Part shown: positions 38,388 to 47,249 of the stretch, one piece after another
How positions within the stretch are numbered: position 1 is the stretch's first letter
Layout: the number at the start of each line of letters is the position of its first letter
Assembly (NCBI GenBank): GCA_963711895.1
Contig: CAVQFU010000005.1
Span: 26,034-90,033, forward strand
Source of the DNA: an uncultured Acidobacteriota bacterium
GTDB taxonomy: Bacteria > Actinomycetota > Acidimicrobiia > Spongiisociales > ZC4RG35
Reading direction: 5' to 3'
Length of the DNA stretch: 64,000 nt
Notes under the pieces: generated by a model
Seen by the model: the letters and a program-made list of their open reading frames with translations, nothing else
Told to the model about the DNA's origin: nothing
The model's database searches: none
Translations under genes and position numbers: made by a program

Positions 38388-38717
38388 TCAGCCGCCCTCC
38401 AGATAGCCGCGAAGTATCTCCACTTCCTGCTGGAAGCCTTCCGCCTTCTCAGCCTGGCCGATGCGTCGGTACTCGGCCACGTATCCCTCGAATTCCTCGA
38501 TCTCGCGGGAGATGATCCCGGAGACATCCTCGTCGCTCAACGAACGGCGCGCGACGTCGCCGTAGCCGGCGATGCCCTCCACGGATGCGACGCCCTCGAC
38601 TGCCTCGGCGTTTTGGATGGCCGAGAGGGTGGTGCGGAGGACCTTCACCCGCGTCAGGTCCCGATCTTTCATGGCCTGGTTCAGGTCGTCCCGGACCCGG
38701 GTGTGGAGGGAGGTCAC
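38388..38717 (-). CDS. GatB/YqeY-domain protein (short)
   Basis: The GTG start at 38717 overlaps the upstream stop (GTGA). LNQAMKDRDLTRVKVLRTTLSAIQNAE resembles the YqeY N-domain. Confidence 0.65.
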   Translation of the reverse strand: MTSLHTRVRDDLNQAMKDRDLTRVKVLRTTLSAIQNAEAVEGVASVEGIAGYGDVARRSLSDEDVSGIISREIEEFEGYVAEYRRIGQAEKAEGFQQEVEILRGYLEGG

Positions 38718-39135
38718 GCTTCGACCACCAGCGAGCCGGTCATGGACGGGTGGATGGTGCAGAAGTAGGTCCAGGTGCCGGGCTCCAAGGAGAGCTCGCC
38801 CTCCTGGTCGTTGCCCAGCCGCACCGGCTCGACGTCGGCCGGGGCACCGTCGACGGTCTCCATCTGGACCTCGTGGGGGGCGCTCGAGTCGTTGACCCAT
38901 GTCACCGACTTGCCCGATGGCACCGTCACCTCGGCAGGGAAGGAGAGCCCGGTCACCATGATGACGACTGAGGTCTCGGTCTCGGTCACTGCATCGTCGG
39001 CGGGACGTCGTGTCCGTGAGCATCTCTTCGGTGACGGCGGTCGTGGCGGTCGACCCGCTGTCACCTCCGCAAGCCTCCGATCAGTCCGAGCACCATGAAG
39101 GCACCAGCGGCTCGGATCGACAGCCGGCGTCTCAT
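38714..39135 (-). pseudogene. cupredoxin (amicyanin-type C-x2-H-x2-M copper loop) lipoprotein; reconstruction needs two +1 shifts (~39075 and ~39002)
   Basis: Frame A from ATG 39135 gives the signal peptide MRRRLSIRAAGAFMVLGLIG. Frame B gives ACGGDSGSTATTAVTEEMLTDTTS (lipobox Cys). Frame C gives ADDAVTETETSVVIMVTGLSFPAEVTVPSGKSVTWVNDSSAPHEV...YFCTIHPSMTGSLVVEA. Confidence 0.5.
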
Positions 39136-39168
39136 CGCCCATCACCCTAGGCAGGGTGGCGAGCGAAG

Positions 39169-40344
39169 TCAGCGAGCCGAGAGCTCGCGGTCCAAAGGAG
39201 AAGCAAAACGGGCGATGACTCTCTTGTCGCTGAGCCAGGTCTCGACATCTTCCGCCTGACGCTCGACCTCGGCGAGGTTCTCGTGGCTGATGTCCTCCAG
39301 CAACTCCCACACCACCTCACCGGACGCCCGTTGCCCCCAGGCACCGACGATCCTCCCATCCACCCAAATCGTCTGCCCGGCGTTCCCGTTGCTGTCGAAC
39401 AGCCTCGGGGCGTGAGGTCCCAGGTACCACTCCCGCTCCTTCCATCCCATCGTGGTGGGATCGAGCGAGGGGAGCAGGGCAACCCACGGGTCGACTTGTG
39501 GCACCGGGTCCACGTCGTCAGGAAGCACATAGCCGGTGCCGGACTCCAATTCGACCTCGACCGCCCTGATGGTGACCAACGCCGCCCTCACCTGGGTGAC
39601 CGGCCAACCGGTCCACCATTTCATGTCGAACTCGGTCCCCGGGCCAAATGCAGCCAGCCATCTGCGGAGGACTGCGGCCTGGGCGTCAGGCTTCGACATC
39701 TCCGGCATCGGCTTTCCCACCCAATCGTCCATGGGAGCCCAGCGGTACATGCTGCTCACCCATGTCCCTTTGGGTCGTCCCCGTATCACTTTCCCCTCGG
39801 TGGCGAGCAGGAAGAGGATCCGGGTCGACATCCCCACCGTGGTGAGGACCGAACCGTCCTTCTTGTAGAAGGTGATCTTCTCGCCCAGCTCGGGTACGTC
39901 CTTGGTCAGTTCGCCGGCCACCGCCTCGCCCCTCTTCCGTAGTGCAGCGAGCGTCTTGTCGGCGACGGCATCGATCCACATTCGGCCATCCTCGGCGATG
40001 CCGTAGCTCTCCACCCATCCCGCCAGCCGTCTCCGCTCGGGGGCCACGAGCGCCACGGTCGAGGAGTGATGCAGCATCGGGGCCATCTCGACCGGGACCA
40101 CGAACATCGTGCGCCGCATGGCAAGGATCCGAACAAGAGACTTCTTCTCGTACAGGGCGGCCTCGAGGTCGCCTTGTTTGAACCCGGACACACGGGCCCG
40201 GGCAGACAGGTAGACCGTGGCGGGATCAGATGAGTGGAGACCGATCATCGCATCGGCAGCTTCGACGACATTCCCGGCCGGGGATGCGAGCCGATGCCTG
40301 GTCGCCAGGCGTGCTCGTCGTTCGTCATTGGAAACGGTGCGCAC
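39169..40344 (-). CDS. winged-helix DNA-binding domain protein (YcaQ/DUF1006-like)
   Basis: RRARLATRHRL...AADAMIGLHSSDPATVYLSARARV...SLVRILAMRRTMFVV is the typical YcaQ-family N-terminus. Start taken at GTG 40344, just after the upstream stop at 40350. Confidence 0.7.
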   Translation of the reverse strand: MRTVSNDERRARLATRHRLASPAGNVVEAADAMIGLHSSDPATVYLSARARVSGFKQGDLEAALYEKKSLVRILAMRRTMFVVPVEMAPMLHHSSTVALVAPERRRLAGWVESYGIAEDGRMWIDAVADKTLAALRKRGEAVAGELTKDVPELGEKITFYKKDGSVLTTVGMSTRILFLLATEGKVIRGRPKGTWVSSMYRWAPMDDWVGKPMPEMSKPDAQAAVLRRWLAAFGPGTEFDMKWWTGWPVTQVRAALVTIRAVEVELESGTGYVLPDDVDPVPQVDPWVALLPSLDPTTMGWKEREWYLGPHAPRLFDSNGNAGQTIWVDGRIVGAWGQRASGEVVWELLEDISHENLAEVERQAEDVETWLSDKRVIARFASPLDRELSAR

Positions 40345-40349
40345 CCCGG

Positions 40350-40913
40350 TCAACGTCTGGCGACGACCAATCCGAGACCGGCTTGAGCCGCGATCACGAC
40401 TCCGGCGATCATCGTGCCGGGGAAGACGCTCGAGCCGATCGCGATGATCGACCCGACGATCAAAGCGACCGATTCGCCGGAGATGAATGCCATCCTCGCC
40501 GGTCTCTCCCACTGGTCGAGGGTGTGGCTCAGCCAGAGCAACGTGAACACACCTTGCATCAGGAGCGCGACCGCGGTGAGCGGAAACAGGAGCGGAACGT
40601 CGCCGTACTCATCGATGGAGATCCATCCGAGGATCATCCCGAGACCGATTGGGCCAAAGGAGGCGATGCCAAGGGCGATGCGGGGGGTGTGGTCACGCAA
40701 CCGGGAACCGGTCTGTCTGACCGTAGTGATCAGGTCGGGGATCGCCCGCAGCCACAGTCGAAGAGCGCTTTCCCCACTGCCGAGGAGATCGCCAAACAGG
40801 ACGACCTGCGCTTCCCCATGTCGCGAGCGATGCGCCCTGGGGGTGACGGCGACCAGCCGCCTGTACATGGCCTGATGGCGGCGGATTGATTCCGGGCTCA
40901 TGTGGGGCTCCAT
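40350..40913 (-). CDS. hypothetical membrane protein downstream of PadR
   Basis: 187 aa with four predicted TM helices in the C-terminal half. Overlaps the padR end by 16 nt. Confidence 0.5.
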   Translation of the reverse strand: MEPHMSPESIRRHQAMYRRLVAVTPRAHRSRHGEAQVVLFGDLLGSGESALRLWLRAIPDLITTVRQTGSRLRDHTPRIALGIASFGPIGLGMILGWISIDEYGDVPLLFPLTAVALLMQGVFTLLWLSHTLDQWERPARMAFISGESVALIVGSIIAIGSSVFPGTMIAGVVIAAQAGLGLVVARR

Positions 40914-41227
40914 CCGAGGTCTGCCCGTCTGGCGCGCTCCATGACCCGATGCAGACGCTGCAACTCGCCGCCCAACGCTGCCCTGCCATCATCGGTGATC
41001 CGGTAATACCTGCGTCGAGCGTCATCGAGGTCAGGGGCGGGTCGTTCCTCGGTCTCCTCGATGAGACCCTGGTCGGCGAGTTTCCCGAGAGCGACGTAGA
41101 GGGCTCCCGGTCCTAGACGGACGTCTCCCTGGGTCAGCTCCTCGGTTTCCTTCATGATCGAATAGCCGTGGCGGTCCTCTTCGGCAAGTGCGAACAGGAT
41201 GTGGAAATGAGACGTAGGAAGCGCCAT
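40898..41227 (-). CDS. PadR-family transcriptional regulator
   Basis: HFHILFALAEEDRHGYSIMKETEELTQGDVRLGPGALYVALGKLADQGLIEE...RRRYYRITDDGR. Confidence 0.9.
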   Translation of the reverse strand: MALPTSHFHILFALAEEDRHGYSIMKETEELTQGDVRLGPGALYVALGKLADQGLIEETEERPAPDLDDARRRYYRITDDGRAALGGELQRLHRVMERARRADLGWSPT

Positions 41228-41234
41228 CTCTTTC

Positions 41235-41259
41235 GAACTATATCTAGTTCAACTATATC
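41235..41259. promoter_or_regulatory. candidate PadR operator: inverted repeat GAACTA-TATC-TAGTTC overlapping direct repeats AACTATATC x2
   Basis: Located in the 57-bp AT-rich divergent region between padR (start 41227) and the lipoprotein gene (41285). Confidence 0.4.
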
Positions 41260-41284
41260 GTGTTTTGATATATACTCGGAAGGT

Positions 41285-42010
41285 ATGACATGGTTGATGA
41301 CATTCCTCGTTGCCCTGTCGCTGCTCGCCGGGTGTGCTGGAGACACGGCCGATCCGATCAACCCTGGTGATGATGGTGACTATTCGGTCACGATCGATCC
41401 CGAGGATTTCGTGCCCGTGATCGACAACGATCGACTCCCCTTTTCTCCGGGCAACAAATGGGTCTACGAATCGACTAGCGGGGGAGAGGTCGAGCGGATC
41501 GAAGTGGTCGTGACCGAAGAGCAACGAACCGTCATGGGGGTCTCCACCACGGTCGTCCGGGACACCGTGACGGTCGATGGGGAGCTGGTGGAAGACACGT
41601 ACGACTGGTACGCCCAGGATAATGAAGGCAACGTCTGGTATTTCGGCGAGGCTACGGCCGAATACGAGGACGGCGAGATCGTGTCGACGGCCGGCGCCTG
41701 GGAGGCGGGCGTCGACGGGGCGCTGCCCGGGATCGCCATGAAGGCGGACCCGACTGTGGGCGACAGCTATCGGCAGGAGTACTACCCGGGCGAGGCCGAG
41801 GACATGGCTGAGGTGGTCCGGAGCGACGTGAGCGAGGAGGTGGTATTCGGGGCCTTCGATGATCTCATCGTCATCGAGGAGTGGACACCACTGGAACCGG
41901 ACGTGGTGGAGGAGAAGTCCTACGCATCGGGAGTGGGCGTGGTGCTCGAGACCACGGTCCAGGGTGGCAGTGGCCGAATCGAGCTGATCTTGTTCACGCC
42001 CGGCAGCTAG
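41285..42010 (+). CDS. hypothetical secreted lipoprotein
   Basis: MTWLMTFLVALSLLAGCAGD lipobox. The remainder is acidic with no recognised motif. Confidence 0.6.
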   Translation: MTWLMTFLVALSLLAGCAGDTADPINPGDDGDYSVTIDPEDFVPVIDNDRLPFSPGNKWVYESTSGGEVERIEVVVTEEQRTVMGVSTTVVRDTVTVDGELVEDTYDWYAQDNEGNVWYFGEATAEYEDGEIVSTAGAWEAGVDGALPGIAMKADPTVGDSYRQEYYPGEAEDMAEVVRSDVSEEVVFGAFDDLIVIEEWTPLEPDVVEEKSYASGVGVVLETTVQGGSGRIELILFTPGS

Positions 42011-42070
42011 AGGCTTCCCCACCAGAAATGCTGGAAAGGGCGCCCAAGGCCCCGGGTACCGTCACGCGCC

Positions 42071-43318
42071 ATGTGGGCAGACCGTTCTGTCAGACGGGTG
42101 GTACTGGCCCGCTTCATCTCCCGCACAGGGGGAGAAGCCGCCTTCTTCGTCGGTATCTGGGGCAAGGCCGCCTTCGAGATGGAGGCCTCGGCCGCCGGTG
42201 TCGCAGCGGTCATGGCTGCTCTGGGCGTCGCCTCCCTGATCGGCTCGGCGGTGGCCGGTGTCCTGGTCGATCGGTTCGACCCGCGCCGGGTTCTCATTGC
42301 CGGCGAGATCATCTTCATTCCTGTGGCGCTGGGGATGACCTTCGCCGACACGCTCCCCGCATTGGTGGTGGCGACATTCCTCCTCGGTCTGGTTGGGATG
42401 CCGGTGTTCACCGCCATATCCGCCTTCGGGCCCTTCCTCACCGACGACCCCGATCGACTGGCCCGCATCAACGGTTACATCGAAGGGGCGGCATGGGCTG
42501 CCTTCGTCGTGGGCCCCGCCCTCGGTGCGATCATCGCCAGCACCGTCGGGCTCGATGGCATCTTCGTCCTCGACGCGGCCACCTCGGCGATTGCGGCTCT
42601 GATCGTGATCCCCGTCTCGGTGCGGAAAATGGCTCGGGAGGAAAAGGAGAAGGAGGGTCTGCGCGAGCTGCGCGAGGGATTCTCCTATGCCTACAGCCAC
42701 CATCGGCTGCGCTTCTACATCTTGATCGGTTCCTCGGTCTGGGTCCTATTCGGGACGTTCAGCACGTTGGAGCCCCTTTTCTACCGGGACATCCTTAAGG
42801 TAGAGCCGGCGACGTTGGGCTGGGTCAACTCCATCTTCGGGCTCGGTCTGGTGGCCGGAACCTGGATCGCATCCCGTCTCCCGGCGAAGTACCGCACTGC
42901 AAGGTCGCTCGTGTTGATCGTCGCCCTCAACTCGGTTGGAGTGCTCGCCTACGTCGGCACCGATCAGCTTCGGGTGGTGGTGGTGGCCGGTGTGTTCTGG
43001 GGCCTGATCATCGGGGTCATGGCGCCACTGCTGCGCACCCTCATCCAGCTCAACTCGCCCGAAGACCTGGTGGGGAGGATCACCGGGGTCACCCAGGTCC
43101 ATTCCGAGGTTGGCCACCTGTTGCCCCTTGCCATCGCCCCCGTCCTGGCCGGGATCTTCGGCGTCCAACGAACGCTCATCTACTCCGGTCTCGCCCTGGC
43201 CGTCTTCGCCCTTCTGTTCTACCCGACGGCAAAGCGGCTAGATCGCACCCGTGCCATCGAGGTCCCGCGTACCGGGCTTCCCGACCCCAATGATGAGCCG
43301 CGCTCGGTAGGGCACTGA
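42071..43318 (+). CDS. MFS transporter
   Basis: 415 aa, ~12 TM segments, with a DRFDPRRV loop motif between TM2 and TM3. Confidence 0.85.
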   Translation: MWADRSVRRVVLARFISRTGGEAAFFVGIWGKAAFEMEASAAGVAAVMAALGVASLIGSAVAGVLVDRFDPRRVLIAGEIIFIPVALGMTFADTLPALVVATFLLGLVGMPVFTAISAFGPFLTDDPDRLARINGYIEGAAWAAFVVGPALGAIIASTVGLDGIFVLDAATSAIAALIVIPVSVRKMAREEKEKEGLRELREGFSYAYSHHRLRFYILIGSSVWVLFGTFSTLEPLFYRDILKVEPATLGWVNSIFGLGLVAGTWIASRLPAKYRTARSLVLIVALNSVGVLAYVGTDQLRVVVVAGVFWGLIIGVMAPLLRTLIQLNSPEDLVGRITGVTQVHSEVGHLLPLAIAPVLAGIFGVQRTLIYSGLALAVFALLFYPTAKRLDRTRAIEVPRTGLPDPNDEPRSVGH

Positions 43319-43319
43319 C

Positions 43320-43367
43320 GTTTCTCCCCTCGAAGGGGGGAGTACCGGCGCAGCCGGGGAGGGGGGA
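43320..43367 (+). repeat. copy B of the ~48-nt structured repeat
   Basis: GTTTCTCCCCTCGAAGGGGGGAGTACCGGCGCAGCCGGGGAGGGGGGA, starting 2 nt after the MFS stop codon. Confidence 0.75.
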
Positions 43368-43410
43368 CTCTTGGGGCCGGACGGCCGCCCCTCGTTAGAG
43401 TCTCGCCGCC

Positions 43411-44256
43411 ATGGGAGGAGCAAATCGACGGGTTGCCCGGGCCGGTATTTCGATCCTGGCTGTCGTCGTCGTCTTCATCTTGCTCTGGGAGGGCTACAAG
43501 CTGATCTGGACCGCGATGGGATGGGAGAACCCGGTCCGGCCCGACAATCGCACGATGCCCCACACCTGGGACATCTTCCTGGCGCTTTTCCAGCCGGCAC
43601 AGCGAAATGGCCCGCCGTTCATCTTCGTCGAGCTCCGGGCCGCCCTGATGACCCTTCGTGAGGCGTTTGTCGGATTTCTGATTGGCGGAGCCGTCGGTTT
43701 CGGGCTCGGTGTCCTGTTCGTTCGGTCGACCATGGCCGAGCGAGCCTTCATGCCTTATGTCGTGGCCTCCCAGACCGTTCCCATCATCGCGATCGCCCCG
43801 ATGGTCGTGGTGTGGGGCGGACGCGCAAACCTGCCCCAATGGCTGAGCGTCTCGCTCATTGCCGCCTACCTCACTTTCTTCCCGGTGGCGATCAACACTC
43901 TGCGAGGGTTGCGGTCGCCGCATCCAACCTCCATGGAGCTGATGAGGTCATATGCCAGCACTCCCCGCGAAGTCCTATGGAAGCTGCAGGTACCGGCGGC
44001 GATGCCATACATATTCACTGCCCTAAAGGTCTCCGCTGCCGCCAGTGTTATCGGGGCGATAGTCGGAGAGCTCCCCGCCGGACTGCGTGGCGGATTGGGG
44101 CGCGACCTTCTCCAGTTCTCTCAACAATTCACCGCAGCTCCGGAGAAGCTGTTTGCCGCGGTGTTGATCGCCGGGCTGGCCGGAATCGCCTTCGTCGGGC
44201 TCATCACCATGCTGGAGCACCGTTGGATCGGTTCCAATCGGAGGCTGGCCGGGTGA
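43411..44256 (+). CDS. ABC transporter permease (NitT/TauT-like)
   Basis: 281 aa with six TM segments. Binding-protein-dependent transport component pattern. Confidence 0.8.
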   Translation: MGGANRRVARAGISILAVVVVFILLWEGYKLIWTAMGWENPVRPDNRTMPHTWDIFLALFQPAQRNGPPFIFVELRAALMTLREAFVGFLIGGAVGFGLGVLFVRSTMAERAFMPYVVASQTVPIIAIAPMVVVWGGRANLPQWLSVSLIAAYLTFFPVAINTLRGLRSPHPTSMELMRSYASTPREVLWKLQVPAAMPYIFTALKVSAAASVIGAIVGELPAGLRGGLGRDLLQFSQQFTAAPEKLFAAVLIAGLAGIAFVGLITMLEHRWIGSNRRLAG

Positions 44257-45041
44257 GCGCGCCGGTGGTGGAGGCACGGGGCGTGGGCAAGGTCTTCGGC
44301 AGTGGTGCTGGTGAAACTGAAGCACTGCGGGGCATCGACCTCGATATCGCCGGTGGAGACTTCGTCTCTCTGATCGGGCCGTCGGGTTGTGGCAAGTCAA
44401 CCCTCCTCCGGCTGATCGGCGACCTGGTCAGCCCGACCACGGGGACCCTCGTGGTCAACGGGAAAGAGCCCGGCCAGGCCCGGCTCGACCGTGACTACGG
44501 CATCGTGTTCCAGTCTGCGACGTTGCTCGACTGGCGCAATGTCCAAAAGAATGTCGAGCTGCCACTCGAGATCATGGATTTCCCCGACGCCCAGCGACCG
44601 ACCCGGGCTCGGGAGATGCTCGACCTGGTCCAGCTTGGAGGCTTTGCCGACCACTACCCCTGGCAACTCTCCGGCGGCATGCAACAAAGGGTGGCGATCG
44701 CTAGGGCGCTGGCCTTCCGACCCGCCCTGCTCCTGATGGACGAGCCGTTCGGCGCCCTCGACGAGATGACCCGAGAAGCGATGCAGCAGGAGGTGCTCCG
44801 GGTGTGGGGGGAGACCGGGACGAGTGTCGTCTTCGTCACACACTCCATCCCCGAGGCGGTGTTTCTGTCGACGAGGGTCGTGGTGATGTCACCCCGGCCG
44901 GGCAGGATCAGCGACGAGATCATGGTCGACCTCCCTCCGAAGCGTGACCTGGACACCCGCGAGGACCCGAGATACTTCGAGCTCGTGATCGAGGTGAGGG
45001 AAGCTCTGCGCCGTGGCGAAGCGGGGAGTGGAGGATCGTGA
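44253..45041 (+). CDS. ABC transporter ATP-binding protein (NitT/TauT-like)
   Basis: The GTG start overlaps the upstream stop. Walker A GPSGCGKST, signature LSGGMQQRVAIARAL and Walker B LLLMDEPFGALD. Confidence 0.9.
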   Translation: MSAPVVEARGVGKVFGSGAGETEALRGIDLDIAGGDFVSLIGPSGCGKSTLLRLIGDLVSPTTGTLVVNGKEPGQARLDRDYGIVFQSATLLDWRNVQKNVELPLEIMDFPDAQRPTRAREMLDLVQLGGFADHYPWQLSGGMQQRVAIARALAFRPALLLMDEPFGALDEMTREAMQQEVLRVWGETGTSVVFVTHSIPEAVFLSTRVVVMSPRPGRISDEIMVDLPPKRDLDTREDPRYFELVIEVREALRRGEAGSGGS

Positions 45042-45922
45042 CCGAGCGCGACGACCTGAACCGTGACAACTCGATTTGGGAGACGGCGGACACAGATGTC
45101 TTCGCCTCATTCGAAGGCGACGTCCCGGCAAGCGGGCGACGCACATCTCCGGCACGGCTGGTTCGGCGATATCTGCCGGCCGTATTCGCCTTTCTTGGCG
45201 TGATCCTCGTCTGGGAAGGGCTCACGAGGCTCTTTGGGGTGGAGTCATTCGTCCTCTCCAAGCCGAGCGAGATCCTGAACAGCTTCTCGGAGACCTTCGG
45301 CGTCATCTGGGGTGCCGGGATGAGGACGCTGTTCGAGGCGGCGGGAGGGTTCGTCATCGGCACCAGCCTGGCCGTCGCCACATCATTGGCTGCGGCCCAC
45401 TGGGTCGGGTTCCGGCAAGGTGTGCTCCCTCTCGCCATCGTCCTCAACGCCACCCCGATCGCGGCTCTGGCTCCGATCTTCAACAACTGGTTCGGATTGA
45501 CCAATCCCTTCTCCAAGATGGCCGTCGTGGCTGTGGTGGTCTATTTCCCGGTGATGATCAACACCACCCGCGGGCTCCTCGAGGTCGATCCCGCCGAGCT
45601 GGAGCTGATGCGATCGCTGGCGGCGAGCCCGTCGGAGGTGACACGGAGGATCCGCATCCCCCGCGCCCTGCCCTATTTCTTCTCCTCGCTGAAGGTGGCC
45701 AGCGTCCTGTCGCTTATCGCCGCCATCATCGCCGAGTACTTCGGTGGCCCACAGGACGTCCTTGGCCAATACATCGTCAACAGGGCGCAGCTGTTTCAGT
45801 TCCCGGACGCGTGGGCGGCGATCCTCGTGGCCTCGATCCTGGGCGTCACCTTCTATCTGCTGATCCTGGCGGCCGAAAGGTGGCTGATGCCCTGGCACGT
45901 CTCCTTCCGCACCAGCGAGTAG
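45038..45922 (+). CDS. ABC transporter permease (NitT/TauT-like), second
   Basis: 294 aa, paralogous in pattern to 43411-44256. Overlaps the ATPase stop. Confidence 0.8.
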   Translation: MTERDDLNRDNSIWETADTDVFASFEGDVPASGRRTSPARLVRRYLPAVFAFLGVILVWEGLTRLFGVESFVLSKPSEILNSFSETFGVIWGAGMRTLFEAAGGFVIGTSLAVATSLAAAHWVGFRQGVLPLAIVLNATPIAALAPIFNNWFGLTNPFSKMAVVAVVVYFPVMINTTRGLLEVDPAELELMRSLAASPSEVTRRIRIPRALPYFFSSLKVASVLSLIAAIIAEYFGGPQDVLGQYIVNRAQLFQFPDAWAAILVASILGVTFYLLILAAERWLMPWHVSFRTSE

Positions 45923-45994
45923 CAACCGATTGCCCGGCGCGGGCTGTGGCCCCGCCGGATAACGTGCACAGGCATCAGAGATGGAGGAATTTCG

Positions 45995-47137
45995 ATGAAT
46001 ACGAATAGATGGCGTCGCCATGTCATGTGGCTGTCCGTGCTGGCGATCGTGCTGACCGCATGTGGTGACGGCGGCGAGACAGGTGGCGAGGGAGGTGGGA
46101 CTACTGCACCGGCCGAGGAATGCACCGAGCCAGATCCTGTGCGGCTCCAGCTGCAATGGTTCGCCCAGTCGCAATTCGCCGGCTATTACGTCGCCCTCGA
46201 CAACGGTTTCTACGAGGCGCAGTGCCTGGAGGTCGAGATCCTCGAAGGGGCGGTGGAGATCGTCCCGCAGCAGGTCCTGGCCACCGGTGGCGCCGAGTTC
46301 GGCATCGCCTGGGTCCCCAAGGCCCTCGTCTCTCGTGAGGGCGGCGCAGACATCATCAACATCGCCCAGGTGTTCGAGCGGTCGGGAACCCTCCAGGTCT
46401 CCTGGGCCGACTCAGGCATCGAGACCCCGGCGGACTGGGAGGGGAAGCGAGTGGGCAACTGGGGATTCGGCAACGAATACGAGGTGCTTGCGGCCATCGA
46501 GAAGTTCGACGTGACAGTCGGCGAGCTGGTGGCGCAGGACTTCACCATGAACGCCCTGCTCAACGACGAGATCGACGCCGCCGAGGCAATGATCTACAAC
46601 GAGTACGCACAGGTCCTGGAGGCGGTCAACCCCGACACCGGCGAGCTCTACCAACCCGAGGACCTCAACGTCATCGACTACAACGACGAGTCCGTTGCCA
46701 CGGCAATGCTCCAGGACGGGCTGTGGGTCAACGCCGACTGGATCGCCGAGGAGGGCAACGAGGACATCACCACCCGGTTCCTCACCGCCACTTTCCAGGG
46801 ATGGATCCACTGCCTGGAAGCCTTCGACGAATGTGTCGAGGTGGTGCTGAACAACGGCTCCACGCTGGGCCAGAGTCATCAGGAGTGGCAGCTCAACGAG
46901 ATCCTGGGTCTCATCTTCCCCGCCACGAATGGCATCGGGGTCATGAACGAGGAGCTCTGGGATCAGACCATCTCCATCGCCAACGAGCAGGTCGTCGAGC
47001 TCCAAGGCGTGGAGATCCCCGACGACGTCTACCGGACCGATCTGGCCCAGGCAGCGGTTGATGCGCTAGGTGACTCAGATGTCTCCGGCTCCGGTTTCGA
47101 GAGCCGCGATATCGAGCTGCAGGAAGGGGGAAGCTGA
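45995..47137 (+). CDS. ABC substrate-binding lipoprotein (NMT1/THI5-like)
   Basis: Lipobox VLTACGDGG, then VRLQLQWFAQSQFAGYYVALDNGFY, typical of the NMT1/SsuA-like binding-protein family. Confidence 0.75.
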   Translation: MNTNRWRRHVMWLSVLAIVLTACGDGGETGGEGGGTTAPAEECTEPDPVRLQLQWFAQSQFAGYYVALDNGFYEAQCLEVEILEGAVEIVPQQVLATGGAEFGIAWVPKALVSREGGADIINIAQVFERSGTLQVSWADSGIETPADWEGKRVGNWGFGNEYEVLAAIEKFDVTVGELVAQDFTMNALLNDEIDAAEAMIYNEYAQVLEAVNPDTGELYQPEDLNVIDYNDESVATAMLQDGLWVNADWIAEEGNEDITTRFLTATFQGWIHCLEAFDECVEVVLNNGSTLGQSHQEWQLNEILGLIFPATNGIGVMNEELWDQTISIANEQVVELQGVEIPDDVYRTDLAQAAVDALGDSDVSGSGFESRDIELQEGGS

Positions 47138-47146
47138 GCTTCCCCC

Positions 47147-47209
47147 TGGTGGTAGGTCGTAAGTTTTAGGTGGTAGGTGCACATGACCTACCACCTATGA
47201 CCTACCACT
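47147..47209. promoter_or_regulatory. array of four GGTGGTAGGT decamers (two forward, two reverse) including a 12-bp perfect inverted repeat
   Basis: Forward copies at 47148-57 and 47169-78. Reverse copies (ACCTACCAC[C]) at 47186-95 and 47200-08. TAGGTGGTAGGT-N7-ACCTACCACCTA spans 47167-47197, ~40 nt upstream of the ATG at 47250. Confidence 0.45.
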
Positions 47210-47249
47210 TGCGACCTAACTAGGTTTGTCTGCCAAGGAGGTTTCGTTC

